Position numbers and translations under genes: made by a program
Assembly (NCBI GenBank): GCA_963769935.1
Contig: CAVYNY010000022.1
Location: forward strand, 480,001-544,000
Reading direction: 5' to 3'
Source of the DNA: an uncultured delta proteobacterium
GTDB taxonomy: Bacteria; Desulfobacterota; Desulfobacteria; Desulfobacterales; JAFDCJ01
DNA length: 64,000 nt
The notes under the pieces: generated by a model
The model's input: only the letters and a program-made list of their open reading frames with translations
Databases searched by the model: none
What the model was told of the DNA's origin: nothing
In this document: piece after piece, positions 1 to 10,897 of the stretch
Numbering within the stretch: the first letter of the stretch is position 1
Layout of the letters: each line of letters begins with the position of its first letter

Positions 1-56
1 CTACGAGCCGGAAGCCGGGCTGTAAGCCTACGGGCAGGAAGCTGGACCAGGACTCT
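1..56. repeat. Partial copy of dispersed repeat family (GCTGTAAGC..TACGAGCCGGAAGC units plus half hairpin)
   Basis: ctacgagccggaagc / gctgtaagcctacgggcaggaagctggacc matches units at 21405-21440 and 49110-49145. Confidence 0.65.
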
Positions 57-64
57 GTGCTTAG

Positions 65-1270
65 CTAATCACAATGAACTGAATCATGGGCTATCGCAAT
101 CTCTTCGTCGGTTAAATAGCAGGCCGGGTCCGGTGCCCAGGCATCACCGCTTACCGCTTCGGCCCGCACCCTGAAATTGCCGCCGCAAACATCCAGCCAG
201 CGGCACGCGGCGCAACGCCCTTTGACGTGTTCCTTTTTGTCCTTGAGCTTTTTCATCAGGGGCTCGGAAGTGTCGGTCCAGATTTCCGAAAAGGGTCGGT
301 CTTTGACGTTGCCGAAACTGTAATGACGCCAGAATTGATCGGCGTGAACCTCACCATCCCAGCTGACGCATCCGATACCCCGCCCCGAATTGTTGCCCTC
401 ATTCCATTTTAACAGTTCCAGTACTTCCTTCGCCCGCTGCGGATCTTCCTGCAGCAGCCTCAAATAGACGTAGGGGCCGTCGGCGTGATTGTCTACCGTC
501 AGTACCTCTTTGGTCTTGCCTTCAGCAAATAACCGCTTGGTCTCGTCCATAATGAGATCAACCGCCTGGCGGGTTTCTGCATGGGATAGATCCTCTTTTA
601 CCAGCTCAGATCCGCGTCCGGCATAAACCAGGTGATAAAAGCATACGCGGGGGATATCCATCTCTTCTAGAAGTTGGAAGATTTTCGGAATTTCGTTGAC
701 ATTGAATTTATTCACTGTGAAACGGAGTCCGACTTTAATTCCCGCGTCCTGACTGTTCTTTATCCCTTCCAGCGCCGATTGAAAGGCGCCTTTGACGCCT
801 CTGAAGCGATCGTTTACTTCCTGCATGCCGTCCAGGCTGATGCCGACATATGACAACCCGATTTCTTTCAATGTGCGGGCCATTGTCCGTGTAATCAGGG
901 TGCCGTTGGTGGAAATTACAGCGCGCATTCCTTTTTCCACGGCGTGGGCCGCCAGCACCGGTAAATCCTTGCGGACAAGGGGTTCACCGCCCGAAAACAG
1001 CATCACCGGCGAGCCGAAGTCGGCCAGATCGTTAATTAACTCTTTGCCCTGTTCGGTGGTCAGCTCGTTTTCGAAGGCTATATTTTTCGCGTGGGCGTAG
1101 CAGTGGACACATTTTAAATTACAGCGCCGGGTCACATTCCAGACGACAACCGGACACTTGTCCTTGGAAAATTGCAGCAGGTGGGAGGGCAGCTGCGATG
1201 AGTCGCGTCCGTAACGCAGCGCATCTGAAGGCTCTACGGTACCGCAGTATAATTTTGATATTCCGATCAT
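65..1270 (-). CDS. ahbC: Radical SAM/SPASM 12,18-didecarboxysiroheme deacetylase (alternative heme biosynthesis)
   Basis: N-term MIGISKLYCG..DALRYGR, VVWNVTRRCNLKCVHCY motif, LTVDNHADG, C-terminal SPASM Cys cluster. Confidence 0.9.
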   Translation of the reverse strand: MIGISKLYCGTVEPSDALRYGRDSSQLPSHLLQFSKDKCPVVVWNVTRRCNLKCVHCYAHAKNIAFENELTTEQGKELINDLADFGSPVMLFSGGEPLVRKDLPVLAAHAVEKGMRAVISTNGTLITRTMARTLKEIGLSYVGISLDGMQEVNDRFRGVKGAFQSALEGIKNSQDAGIKVGLRFTVNKFNVNEIPKIFQLLEEMDIPRVCFYHLVYAGRGSELVKEDLSHAETRQAVDLIMDETKRLFAEGKTKEVLTVDNHADGPYVYLRLLQEDPQRAKEVLELLKWNEGNNSGRGIGCVSWDGEVHADQFWRHYSFGNVKDRPFSEIWTDTSEPLMKKLKDKKEHVKGRCAACRWLDVCGGNFRVRAEAVSGDAWAPDPACYLTDEEIAIAHDSVHCD

Positions 1271-1382
1271 AATTTGTTTTCCGTTCCCGCATGACGCCGT
1301 ATCGTCAGACCAATCGACTGTTTGATGCCGCAGCCGCTTGGGGCCGGATCAAGGTCGGGGACCTCGGGCCCTGATTTTTTAA

Positions 1383-3155
1383 TTATAATCCGGGTTCAGG
1401 CGGTAGTTTTATATCCTGCTTGATCAAATTGGCGATATATTTTTCGGGATTCAACATGGCCTGCCGCGTTATGAAAAACCGGTTGCGGTTGGTTTTTTCG
1501 TGTGCCAGCTTTAGACCGTATTTGAAATCCCCGTCTATTCTTTGGTAGATAAGTTTCAGATCCATGGATGACTCAACCAGCTGTTCAATGATGTAATCGA
1601 TGGCATCCTCTTCGAGAACGATATTGATATCATGGTTTTTGAAAAAGTACAGCTCAATCTTCTTGATTTCATCATAAAAGGATTTGATCTTGATGATAAT
1701 GTTGCCGATGTCCAGTGTGTTTTTAGTGTAGCAGGTGGCCACGAGATCAATGCGGGAAGGTGTCATGGTCAGACCGTATTTTTCGGTCAGATTGTTTTTA
1801 TTCTCCCTCAAATATTGCTTGATAATCTCCTTTTCTTCCTGCAGCAGTTGATTAAAGGACGCATCTGTCATTTGCTGCTGGGTTGCATCGGTCAGCGATT
1901 CAATGGCCGCGGCCGGTGCGGCAATGAAGGCCGCCGTTGCCGGAAATTTATTCACCTGGGTTGAAGGCAGTTTTTTTTCAAATTCAATCAGGTTCCTTTC
2001 AACCGCGCTGACCAATCCTCTGGCTCCGGTATTTTCAGCAAAAGCATCTTGGGCCAATTTACGCAGCAACCGGTCTTCAAACTTTACGTCGATATCGTAG
2101 GCGGCGAAATCGAGTTTTTTGCCGAGGATGATGGGATTGTTGGGATTTCTCAGGACATGATAGAGATCATCTTCGGAAAGATGCTCAAAAACGGCTCTTA
2201 CCGGCAGGCGTCCGACAAATTCCGACTCAAAGCCAAATTCCGTCAGGTCTTCCGATCTGACGTTTTTTAAAATGTCGATATCCTCATCGGCTTTGCGAAT
2301 GCGTGCGCCGAACCCGATTTCCTGTTTGGTAAGCCGTTTCTGGATGATCGGCACCAGATCGACAAAGGCGCCACTCATAATGAACAGAATGTTGCCGGTG
2401 TTAACCGATCGTTTTTCCCGTTTGCCGGTCTTGCGAAACTGTTCGATTTCCTGAATCATTGATATGGGATCATGCGGAACTTTTAAATCGACCTCGGTTT
2501 CTTCCATCGGCTTTAGCAGCGCGCGCTGCACTCCGGTGCGGGAGACGTCCGCACCGATCAGGTTGCGGCTGGAGGCAATTTTATCGATTTCGTCGATGTA
2601 GATGATACCGTATTGGGCCAGTTCGATGTCGTCATTGGCCTCTCGGACCAGATCCCTGACCAGATCTTCAACGTCTCCGCCGACATATCCGGTTTCGCTG
2701 AATTTGGTGGCATCGCCTTTGACAAAGGGCACGCCGATTTTTTTAGCAATCAGCTTGATAACATAAGTTTTCCCGACGCCGGTCGGACCGATCATCAGCA
2801 CGTTATTTTTGATGCCGCCGACCATCGAGCCAAGCGGGTCATCGGATTCAATCGAGCGTTTGATCCGGTTGAAGTGAGTGCAAATCTTAGTGGCCAGGAT
2901 GGCTTTGGCACTTACCTGCTTGACCACGTACTGATCCAGGTAGGCAATGAGTTCCTCGGGCTTCAGATCAAAATTAATTTTAGCTTTGGGCTTGCCGGAT
3001 TCGATGGTTTTATCCACCATCGCCTCTTGGGGCACGACGATCGGTGATACAATTTTCACATTTTCTCCGAACTTCTTGGCCAGAAACTCACTGATTTCCT
3101 TTTCCAATTCCTTGGGACTGGGTATTTTTTCGTTGTGTGCTTTCATAACATTCAA
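1383..3155 (-). CDS. ClpX-like AAA+ ATPase lacking N-terminal Zn finger, with C-terminal extension
   Basis: Walker A GPTGVGKT, DATKFSETGYVG, Walker B IYIDEIDK, VQRALLK, IGF loop, TGARGL. Confidence 0.85.
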   Translation of the reverse strand: MNVMKAHNEKIPSPKELEKEISEFLAKKFGENVKIVSPIVVPQEAMVDKTIESGKPKAKINFDLKPEELIAYLDQYVVKQVSAKAILATKICTHFNRIKRSIESDDPLGSMVGGIKNNVLMIGPTGVGKTYVIKLIAKKIGVPFVKGDATKFSETGYVGGDVEDLVRDLVREANDDIELAQYGIIYIDEIDKIASSRNLIGADVSRTGVQRALLKPMEETEVDLKVPHDPISMIQEIEQFRKTGKREKRSVNTGNILFIMSGAFVDLVPIIQKRLTKQEIGFGARIRKADEDIDILKNVRSEDLTEFGFESEFVGRLPVRAVFEHLSEDDLYHVLRNPNNPIILGKKLDFAAYDIDVKFEDRLLRKLAQDAFAENTGARGLVSAVERNLIEFEKKLPSTQVNKFPATAAFIAAPAAAIESLTDATQQQMTDASFNQLLQEEKEIIKQYLRENKNNLTEKYGLTMTPSRIDLVATCYTKNTLDIGNIIIKIKSFYDEIKKIELYFFKNHDINIVLEEDAIDYIIEQLVESSMDLKLIYQRIDGDFKYGLKLAHEKTNRNRFFITRQAMLNPEKYIANLIKQDIKLPPEPGL

Positions 3156-3442
3156 ACTATAAACATATCCTGCTTAAAATGCAAGAGAACCCCGGGATTG
3201 AACCAAATGCAATCCAGTATGAAATCGGTCTGGGCCAGGGAATACTGAAAACCCGCGTTTGACGGAATGAGATCTGTTTTATATGGAGGGCACGGGTCCG
3301 AAAATAAAATCAGACTATCATCCGCAATAAATATCAACTAAAATTAAAGTTTTTGGGTTTGGCCGGCGATATAGTATATGTCGCAGAAAAATTCGGTTCG
3401 GGTTGCTGAGCAGGTACACAATATCGAAAGACCTAAAAATGG

Positions 3443-4135
3443 TTGCAGGAACTGTCTATGGTCAGAGGAATATTAAATCGAGTTAAACGTCGCATAAAAG
3501 GCGAGGATAATTCCGCCGGCAATTCCCTGGCGTCGGCAGGTTCGAACATTGGTCCGCTATCAAGTATGATGGGCCCTTCGGGAAGAATTACCCTGGCATC
3601 ACTGAAATGGTTGTTCAATGAGACCGGCCGGGAAGATTTCATTGAGTTTGTTCTAAATCCCGTTTTAGCCGGCTCCGCCTTAAATAATGAAAATATAACA
3701 GCAGCAGAGCATTCGGAAGAAGAAACGTCGGAAAAGCCCCAGATGATAAAAGGCAATAAGACGCATATCGTTAATCTAGACGACAATCTCTCAAAAAGAT
3801 CAGGACCGGGTTCGAGTTTGCCATATGCCATTTATCCACTTATAAAGCGGTCAAACTCCCAATCACCCGTCAATATGATTACGATTGGCCGGACGCCCGA
3901 TAAGGATATGATTATGAAGGACATGGCAATTTCAAAATCGCATGCCGCTGTTCGTATTACAAAGGGGTCCTTTTTCATCGAGGATTGTGGATCAACCAAC
4001 GGCACAAGACTCAATGGCATGCGCGTCGGAGATAAGCCGGTTTTGCTCCGCGACGGAGATGTTATCGCACTTGGCAGTTACGAATTCACTTTCCTGGATC
4101 CCTCCTCCCTGCACGATTTGATCAGTAAATTTTAG
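3443..4135 (+). CDS. FHA domain protein
   Basis: C-terminal FHA motifs IGR...SKSHA...STNGT. Confidence 0.85.
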   Translation: MQELSMVRGILNRVKRRIKGEDNSAGNSLASAGSNIGPLSSMMGPSGRITLASLKWLFNETGREDFIEFVLNPVLAGSALNNENITAAEHSEEETSEKPQMIKGNKTHIVNLDDNLSKRSGPGSSLPYAIYPLIKRSNSQSPVNMITIGRTPDKDMIMKDMAISKSHAAVRITKGSFFIEDCGSTNGTRLNGMRVGDKPVLLRDGDVIALGSYEFTFLDPSSLHDLISKF

Positions 4136-4269
4136 ACGCTTTTCATAAATCCTTCGGTTTTGTCGAAGCCCCCCGCATTCAAAAGGCAGCTTCTGCCGGC
4201 CTATCGGAAATTTTGCCGACAACATGGTGCAAGAGCCTCTTTGGGGCGATGTCGGGAGGGTCGCCTTTC

Positions 4270-5538
4270 CTATAACCGTTGAATCAAATAGAGAAAAGTG
4301 GGCAGCCGGCTCAAGTTTTTAAGCTCAAAAAAAGTGCGCAGCAGGTCGGGATTGCTGCCGCCGGGGTCCAAGGGCGATAAATAAATGCCGCCCTTGCTGT
4401 AAAAGTGATCAAGCCGGTCGTGAACCAATTCGATAACTGATTCGTAGTGATCAGGCGAGAGCCCGTCGCCGATCAGAAAATTGGCCGTGATTTCGATGTT
4501 AAGATGGTTGCGGTTGATATCGATCATCTTCATGAAGGCCGCCTCAATTTTGCGGGTTTCCAGCGGCTTGTTGATATGCGCCAAGGTGGCGTCATCGGCA
4601 GATTCGAGCCCGATGTTGATGTACGTATAGAAGGGCGATCGGTCGAGCGCCTCGAAAAGACCGTTATTTGCATTCAGCAATGAATCCACACTGCCGAAGA
4701 TAAAAAGCCGGGGGTCTGTGATATGTGCCTTTTCAAAATTAAACGTCTCATAGACTTCTGCGGCGGTCCGGCAGATATGCTCGTTTCCTGCGGCCAGGGC
4801 ATCATGATTGCCTAGAAAAACAGCATTGTAATTTCTCAAATCGGCGCCCAGGTACGCAGCCAGCTCTCGCATTTGCTGCCTGACATTCTGTATGGACCGC
4901 AGACCAAACCGCCGTCCGGATTTGATGCGGCAGAAGCGGCAGTGATATAAACACCCGTCGGCTATCATGAGGGGGATCACCTCATAATCAACATGCCTTG
5001 TATCCGGGGGCAGCACCGACACCTGCCCGCCGATAATCTTATGCAGTTTATCCGATTTCGCCTGCAGTACCCCTGCATCGTGGCGGGCAACCAGATCCAG
5101 GAAATTTTTGACTTTTGAAGAAAGTCCGTCGGTATTCAGCGTGCGCAGTTGAACCTGCAATCGATGCCAGCCTTCCAGGGCGTTTTGAATATCGGAATCG
5201 ACAAAAGGATTATAGGCCCAGATTGAATTGCTGGCGTAGGGCAGACAGGGCAGATAATACTCGCCCAGTGAATCAAAAAGCCTATGGTATCCGGCAATGG
5301 AGTAAAAAACCCAATCATTGGCAGCGGTACGTTTCAGCCATTCGGCCGGATGGGGCCAATTCTTTATACCTCCTTGAATATACTTGATTTCACCGTTTAA
5401 ATTAAACTGAAAGCGGTGTTGCGGTGATTTAATTTCGCAAAATCTTCCGTAGCGAATCGGATAGGTCACTTTTGTGTATCGGTTCGCTCCCTGCTTATCG
5501 AGGGTGATTTGAAGATTGTTCAAGCGGTAGGTGTTCAC
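4270..5538 (-). CDS. Radical SAM protein of unknown function
   Basis: CLYHCRFC motif, NIGLES; long N-terminal extension. Confidence 0.8.
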   Translation of the reverse strand: MNTYRLNNLQITLDKQGANRYTKVTYPIRYGRFCEIKSPQHRFQFNLNGEIKYIQGGIKNWPHPAEWLKRTAANDWVFYSIAGYHRLFDSLGEYYLPCLPYASNSIWAYNPFVDSDIQNALEGWHRLQVQLRTLNTDGLSSKVKNFLDLVARHDAGVLQAKSDKLHKIIGGQVSVLPPDTRHVDYEVIPLMIADGCLYHCRFCRIKSGRRFGLRSIQNVRQQMRELAAYLGADLRNYNAVFLGNHDALAAGNEHICRTAAEVYETFNFEKAHITDPRLFIFGSVDSLLNANNGLFEALDRSPFYTYINIGLESADDATLAHINKPLETRKIEAAFMKMIDINRNHLNIEITANFLIGDGLSPDHYESVIELVHDRLDHFYSKGGIYLSPLDPGGSNPDLLRTFFELKNLSRLPTFLYLIQRL

Positions 5539-5674
5539 TTTCAGTCCTGTTATGTCCCTTCACATTAATATGGCCAACATGAAATGAAAAGAGAAAAAAT
5601 GCGCAGCATAAAGCAATTAATCGATCTGACTATATCCTTCAATTGTCAGAGAGCACTTGAAATCTCTTAAACAG

Positions 5675-5691
5675 TAGTTAAGGTTTAACTA
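5675..5691. promoter_or_regulatory. Inverted repeat TAGTTAA-ggt-TTAACTA, putative operator between divergent genes
   Basis: Perfect 7-bp arms about 25 bp upstream of the 5716 ORF. Confidence 0.35.
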
Positions 5692-5715
5692 TATTTCAAT
5701 GGAGACGTAGAGAAA

Positions 5716-5922
5716 ATGCTGTTTGCGATGCCGAGTTACGAAGTTAAATATCACGATAAAAAGGAATGGGAGGCGATTTCTGAAACCAAAGTTCTGGCAA
5801 AGCTGCAGGAAACCTATGATCGGGTCACCCCGGCCATTCAGGACATGATAGACGGCAAACAGGTACCCACGCCCCAGGCTGTTTTCCGCATCAGGGGGTA
5901 TGAGGAGGTTAGAATCGGTTGA
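5716..5922 (+). CDS. Small hypothetical protein
   Basis: 68-aa ORF with upstream GGAG and protein-like composition (start may be 5728). Confidence 0.6.
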   Translation: MLFAMPSYEVKYHDKKEWEAISETKVLAKLQETYDRVTPAIQDMIDGKQVPTPQAVFRIRGYEEVRIG

Positions 5923-6118
5923 TTTTATCTTTTCCGGCTTTGATCGTCTTCATCCAATAATTTCAGAACGATAGACGGGTCGGTTCAATTGCCGGTCGTC
6001 GAAGGGACACCAATCACTTGACATCGCCGATTACGCCTGATAATCGGGAGGAAATCTTGATCGGGTCACAACATTGGTGGCCTGGCGTGCAGGTTTACCC
6101 GGATCAAAAGAGGTGCCC

Positions 6119-6361
6119 ATGAATGCAGCAATTCCGTATGTATACATAAATGACGATGAAATCGAATTAAAGCAAATTCTGGTTATATACGGCAAGCTAA
6201 AGAAACACAGGAAACTAACCGTCAGTGAGGCCGAAAAAAGAGGATTGGTCCGGGTGGAATCGATGCCGCATGCCAATGCTGACGATACTTTCTCCAAATC
6301 AATCGCCATTCTTGATCAGAAAGTGAGGCTGTGCCTGTCAACCAAAGGTATCGCATCCTGA
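6119..6361 (+). CDS. Small hypothetical protein
   Basis: GAGGT RBS before ATG 6119; MNAAIPYVYINDD... Confidence 0.5.
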   Translation: MNAAIPYVYINDDEIELKQILVIYGKLKKHRKLTVSEAEKRGLVRVESMPHANADDTFSKSIAILDQKVRLCLSTKGIAS

Positions 6362-7042
6362 TCATTCCGCGTTGAAAAATTTCAGTAAATCTTGACGCCT
6401 CATCCACAATTTGGCATACTCAATAAACTGTTGTCTTTCGGCCTATCCCGCAATTAAATTAAAAAATTCGCAGGGGATAAATACAACTCCACAGCGGCTA
6501 TTGAAATCGCGCAGACCCATTTCGAGAATTGCATGCCCGAGGATTATTTTAATTTAATTCTTTCCCAGAGCAAGTCCAACTTTAAGCAGATTAATAGTCC
6601 GCCTACAGTTGTTTACAACTCCAGAAAGAAGACGGTTTCTGTGAAATATGACTTTGCTTTAGGGCTGATAAAAAAAGTGAAAATCATTGCGCCCTGCAGT
6701 GTGTGGCGGGATTTGTGGGGTCGGCGCGAGACGGGGCACATTTCATACGAAATCCTGAAACCCTGTCTGTATCGGCCCTCAAAAGAGAAAAAGAGAGCAC
6801 TGAGGCTGTATTCCAGAAATTATCCGGGCAGTTTTTTGGCCGATGTCTTAGACTGTGTTAAATGGTCGCAGACTAAAAACCCATTAACCCAAACGCGGGC
6901 CGTTTAACTCCGTCTGATACGGATCGAGTGCCAAATTTATCTTGATTACCTCTGAAAACAAGACCCAAAATGACAGGCTTCGATCGATAACCTAAAATTT
7001 GAGCCGCTCCGTGCAATTTACCGGATATTAGTTGACTATTAG

Positions 7043-7375
7043 TTGACCATGAAAATGACTGAGGAAAGAAGATCACATAAGCGGGAAGCGGCAAGATACT
7101 GCTATCATGCCGAGATTCGCCTGATCGGTGTACCGGTATACGAGGTCAAAATAAAGGACCTGTCATCAAACGGCGCCTCGATTCTGGTTAGGAAAGACTC
7201 TTTGTTGTTGAATCACCTGGGGGTCGGGAAAACAATTTCGGTGAAATATTATCTCGGGGATCGATCAAAGGCCGTCGGACCATTCAAGGCCAATATTATG
7301 CATTTAACCAAATTGGATGATGGACGGTTCCAAGGGCATTTCTCGGCCGGCTTATCCATTATCATGGCAAGATAA
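7043..7375 (+). CDS. PilZ domain protein (putative c-di-GMP effector)
   Basis: ERRSHKR (RxxxR) and DLSSNG (DxSxxG) motifs. Confidence 0.8.
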   Translation: MTMKMTEERRSHKREAARYCYHAEIRLIGVPVYEVKIKDLSSNGASILVRKDSLLLNHLGVGKTISVKYYLGDRSKAVGPFKANIMHLTKLDDGRFQGHFSAGLSIIMAR

Positions 7376-7570
7376 TTCCAACGTACCCCATATTCCATTG
7401 ATCGCGGTCGTGCCCCGGCATTTTACAGCGATAGTTCGCCTATAAAAATGTGTCTTGACTTTGACTTTTGCTTCTGCTAAAAGTCTCTCCGGTTTTATCA
7501 TGCATAATTGACCATACCGATTAAGTTTTCCGGATGTGCGGAAAACTTTTTTTTATGGGAGCGTTTCGTT

Positions 7571-8503
7571 ATGACAAGCCATTGCTATCAATGTTCCCGG
7601 AACGGCACCTCCTGCTGCCAGGGTACCCAAATTTTGCTTACTACCGGCGATGTCGTGCGGATTACGCGATTTTTGGGCGCATTCGATTTTTTTACGTTTG
7701 AAGTGCCGGATCCGAATTACACGGATCCCGGGGATGATCCAGCCTGGCTAACGCTGACGATTCGTCCGGATGGTCGTCGACGCGTTCTAAAGAGAACGGC
7801 GGATAAAAGCTGCATCATGCTGGCCGATAACGGCTGCCGTTTGCCGCTAAACCTGCGGCCGTTGATCTGCCGGCTGCACCCTTATACCTATACGGAAGCA
7901 GGCATTTCAGGCATTGATCCGACCTGTCCGATATCACGCGAGGGAAACTGGCCCGCACTGCTGGAGCAGCTGGGAATGGCCATTTTTGAAGCCTGCCAAT
8001 GGCACAGACTGCTTTATTGCGAACTGCGAGCAGATATACCGGCAGGCGACGGGAAGGACGGCCGGGAACAACTGCCGGAGGTGGGGCAAAGGTCGGCCTG
8101 CGGCAAAAAGATAGCTGAAGCGCTGCCCATGCCTGTCAATCCGTGTTTAAGTTGCGGCGCTTGCTGTGCTTTTTATCGCGCGTCATTTTACTGGTCAGAA
8201 GCAGCGGATGCTAACCCCGGCGGTGTTCCTGGTGAGATGACCGAAAAGCTGAATGACTTCCGCCTGGCCATGAAGGGAACCGGCGGGACCAACCCGCGCT
8301 GTATTGCACTAAACGGTTTTATCGGGCGGCGGGTGTCATGCAGCATTTATGAGCGACGCGCATCAGTTTGCCGGGAGTTCGAGCCCTCCTGGCAAAAAAA
8401 TACCGCCAATCTGCGCTGCGACAAGGCGCGCGCAGCCTGGGGGTTGGCGCCATTGACTCCCGAATCCTGGATTGATCCTCGCAATTTTCCCAAAGCCGCC
8501 TAG
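7571..8503 (+). CDS. Tandem YkgJ/UPF0153 (CxxCxxCC) cysteine-cluster protein, two domains
   Basis: [19 protein letters not shown] followed by [26 protein letters not shown] 7571 preferred over TTG 7508. Confidence 0.75.
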   Translation: MTSHCYQCSRNGTSCCQGTQILLTTGDVVRITRFLGAFDFFTFEVPDPNYTDPGDDPAWLTLTIRPDGRRRVLKRTADKSCIMLADNGCRLPLNLRPLICRLHPYTYTEAGISGIDPTCPISREGNWPALLEQLGMAIFEACQWHRLLYCELRADIPAGDGKDGREQLPEVGQRSACGKKIAEALPMPVNPCLSCGACCAFYRASFYWSEAADANPGGVPGEMTEKLNDFRLAMKGTGGTNPRCIALNGFIGRRVSCSIYERRASVCREFEPSWQKNTANLRCDKARAAWGLAPLTPESWIDPRNFPKAA

Positions 8504-8674
8504 TACGGCCGGTTGCGCAGAAGGGCGGACGCCGCATATGGAGGTCATGTCCGGCTGAAACCGGCTTCGATTGAAATTCCCTCCGCCCGAAGTGCGTCTC
8601 CTGAAAAAACCGATAGAGATATCTCCCAGAATTTCTTGATAAAATTAACTTATAAATTGAATAAATAGCACTCA

Positions 8675-9004
8675 ATGAGCGAAAAAAAATGGGTTGTTTA
8701 TCTGATCCGATGTTCTGACAAAACCTTATACTGCGGTATCTCCAATGACCTGGAGCGCCGCTTGATGGATCACAACGCTGGTAAAGGCGCCAAATATACA
8801 AGATCACGGCGGCCGGTTGAATTGGTTGGTGTCAGTTCTGAAATGACAAAAAGCAAAGCCCTTAAACTGGAATACAGAATTAAGCGATTGTCGGCTGACA
8901 AAAAATTATTTGAATTATTCGGGAAGGAGAACGCGATGACACTGAAACAAGATTTGAAAGCCATATCGGTAGAAACTTTCCGGGCTCACCGTTGGAAGCG
9001 GTGA
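8675..9004 (+). CDS. GIY-YIG nuclease family protein (UPF0213)
   Basis: WVVYLIRC.D.TLYCGISNDLERR..HN.GKGAKYTR..RP..ALKLEYRIK. Confidence 0.9.
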   Translation: MSEKKWVVYLIRCSDKTLYCGISNDLERRLMDHNAGKGAKYTRSRRPVELVGVSSEMTKSKALKLEYRIKRLSADKKLFELFGKENAMTLKQDLKAISVETFRAHRWKR

Positions 9005-9028
9005 TATTTGGTTAAGCTATTCTTCGCG

Positions 9029-9070
9029 GCGCCCGAAGCTTTCGGCGAGGCGCCCCCAGTCTTCGGGCGC
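9029..9070. terminator. GC-rich hairpin between convergent ORFs
   Basis: gcgcccgaag (9029-9038) pairs with cttcgggcgc (9061-9070). Confidence 0.4.
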
Positions 9071-9078
9071 GAGTTGCG

Positions 9079-9291
9079 TCACAAGCTCAACGCCTCCGTG
9101 TACCAGACGATACCGCCTGCGGGATCGGGGGCAACGTCGTGGGGATGAGCCCCGTCCGGCACCGGGTAGCTCTGGATGCGAACCTCATTTTGTGCATGAC
9201 CGGCAGCGGCGGCGAGCAACAATCCGAAGACGGCGAAAAGGAAAAATGGGGTTGGGATTGAATGGTTTCGCATGGATAGAACTCCTTTCAC
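9079..9291 (-). pseudogene. N-terminal fragment of exported Vgb (virginiamycin B lyase)-like beta-propeller
   Basis: Signal peptide then YPVPDGAHPHDVAPDP.G.VWYT; stops after about 70 aa. Confidence 0.6.
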
Positions 9292-9403
9292 AGTGACCGG
9301 TCAATAGAATTAATATAAGCAAAAATAGCAATTAGACAACTCATATAAAATCGTCTATAAATATTACCTTTAGATTAAGAAAAGAGGGGGCAAGGAGGAT
9401 GGT

Positions 9404-10132
9404 ATGACTAAAAAAGTATCCGGTGCCGCACTGCTTTTTACATTCCTGCTGACTTTATCGTGCGTTTCCAAAAACAAGTATGTGGAACTTGAGGCCGAAT
9501 TTAAAAATACCGGTACGGAATTGGCAGAGACCCAAAAGAAGCTGGAAGTACTGCAGAATCGCAACCGAATTCTGTTGGATGAAAACGGGCGCCTGATAGA
9601 GGCCAGTGAGGGGTTGCGACTGGAATTGCAGCAGGAAAAATTAGCCGTTCGGCAAAAAGTAGAGAAGATATCGGATTTGGAGAAAACCCGCCGGGAGATA
9701 GAAACCAGTCTCAAAGAGCAGATTGCGCAAAAGGACATCAAGATCGAGGAGATCGAAGGGCGATTAAAGGTCACTTTTGTGGATAAAATTCTATTTGACT
9801 CCGGCAGCGTGATGATCAAGGATAAAGGCCGGGAAGTGCTGTTAAAGTTGGCCGATTCCTTTAAGAATTATCAGGCTCAGAACATCATCGTCGAGGGGCA
9901 TACCGATGATATGAAGATCGGACAAGCTTTACTGCCGAGATTTCCAACCAACTGGGAGTTGTCCACTGCAAGGGCAACTGCGGTCGTTCGATTTCTGCAG
10001 GAAAAAGGCGATATTGCACCTGAAAGATTGACCGCCAGTGGATTTAGCTTTTACAAACCCGTCGCCACGAATGATTCGGAAGAAGGGCGCAAGCAGAATC
10101 GCCGCATCGAAATCATAATGGTCCCGGAATAA
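9404..10132 (+). CDS. OmpA/MotB-family lipoprotein with coiled coil
   Basis: Lipobox-like TLSC; ILFDSG, VEGHTD, NWELSTARA, NRRIEI. Confidence 0.9.
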   Translation: MTKKVSGAALLFTFLLTLSCVSKNKYVELEAEFKNTGTELAETQKKLEVLQNRNRILLDENGRLIEASEGLRLELQQEKLAVRQKVEKISDLEKTRREIETSLKEQIAQKDIKIEEIEGRLKVTFVDKILFDSGSVMIKDKGREVLLKLADSFKNYQAQNIIVEGHTDDMKIGQALLPRFPTNWELSTARATAVVRFLQEKGDIAPERLTASGFSFYKPVATNDSEEGRKQNRRIEIIMVPE

Positions 10133-10152
10133 CTATTGCGGTGCGAAGGTTT

Positions 10153-10548
10153 TCAACTTCCGTCGCCGGCAGACTCGGCATTCAGGGCGCCTCGAATTTT
10201 CTCGAGCAAGGCCGCTTTTTTCAGGGGCTTGATCATGTAATAATTGCCTCCCGATTTAAGCGCTTTTTTAATGGTTTCCATATCCCTTAAAGACGAGCAC
10301 ATAATAATCGGAATATCCGTCCACAGGGGGTTTTTCCTGATCTCTTCGATCAGCTCGATGCCGTCTATTCTGGGCATAACGATATCGGCGATGATAAGCT
10401 GAATGTCGCTCCGATCTGTCAGGATCCCTAAGGCCGTTGCGGCATTATAGGCTTTCACCGTTTGATAGTCATCCTTTTGAAGGATTATCTCAATGAACCG
10501 TGCGGAAGCCTTGTTGTCCTCCACAATCAGAATAGTCATGGTTGACAT
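10153..10548 (-). CDS. Single-domain response regulator (CheY-like)
   Basis: ILIVED, DIVMP.IDG, YMIKP. Confidence 0.9.
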   Translation of the reverse strand: MSTMTILIVEDNKASARFIEIILQKDDYQTVKAYNAATALGILTDRSDIQLIIADIVMPRIDGIELIEEIRKNPLWTDIPIIMCSSLRDMETIKKALKSGGNYYMIKPLKKAALLEKIRGALNAESAGDGS

Positions 10549-10555
10549 GTCCGTT

Positions 10556-10897
10556 TCATTTCATAATAAAAGTTTTAACCTGATCGAGTTCTTTTTTGAG
10601 TGCCTCGGCAGTTGCGGCAATCCCGGACAGGCGGCCCTGGCGGGCTTGGACTTCAATCTTTTCGGCCGTCGCCTGGGCTTTGGTAAAACCCAGATTGCCC
10701 GAGGCCCCTTTTATGGAGTGAGCGGCTTCGGCTGCCAGGCGAGCATTTTCATCGGCAATGGCGGTTTGTAATTTATGAATATCGGATGCGCAGGCCTCGA
10801 TATATAGGTCCGCGACTTCCAGGAATTCATCCTTTTCCAATCCCAATTCTTGTGCTAAGTTTTCCAGATTCACGCAATCTTCCTTTTCATTACCCAA
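10556..10897 (-). CDS. Hpt phosphotransfer protein
   Basis: AHSIKGASGNLG. Confidence 0.9.
   Translation of the reverse strand: MGNEKEDCVNLENLAQELGLEKDEFLEVADLYIEACASDIHKLQTAIADENARLAAEAAHSIKGASGNLGFTKAQATAEKIEVQARQGRLSGIAATAEALKKELDQVKTFIMK

Noticed and set aside
6533..6907. 124-aa ORF
   Set aside because: No RBS, motif or convincing composition
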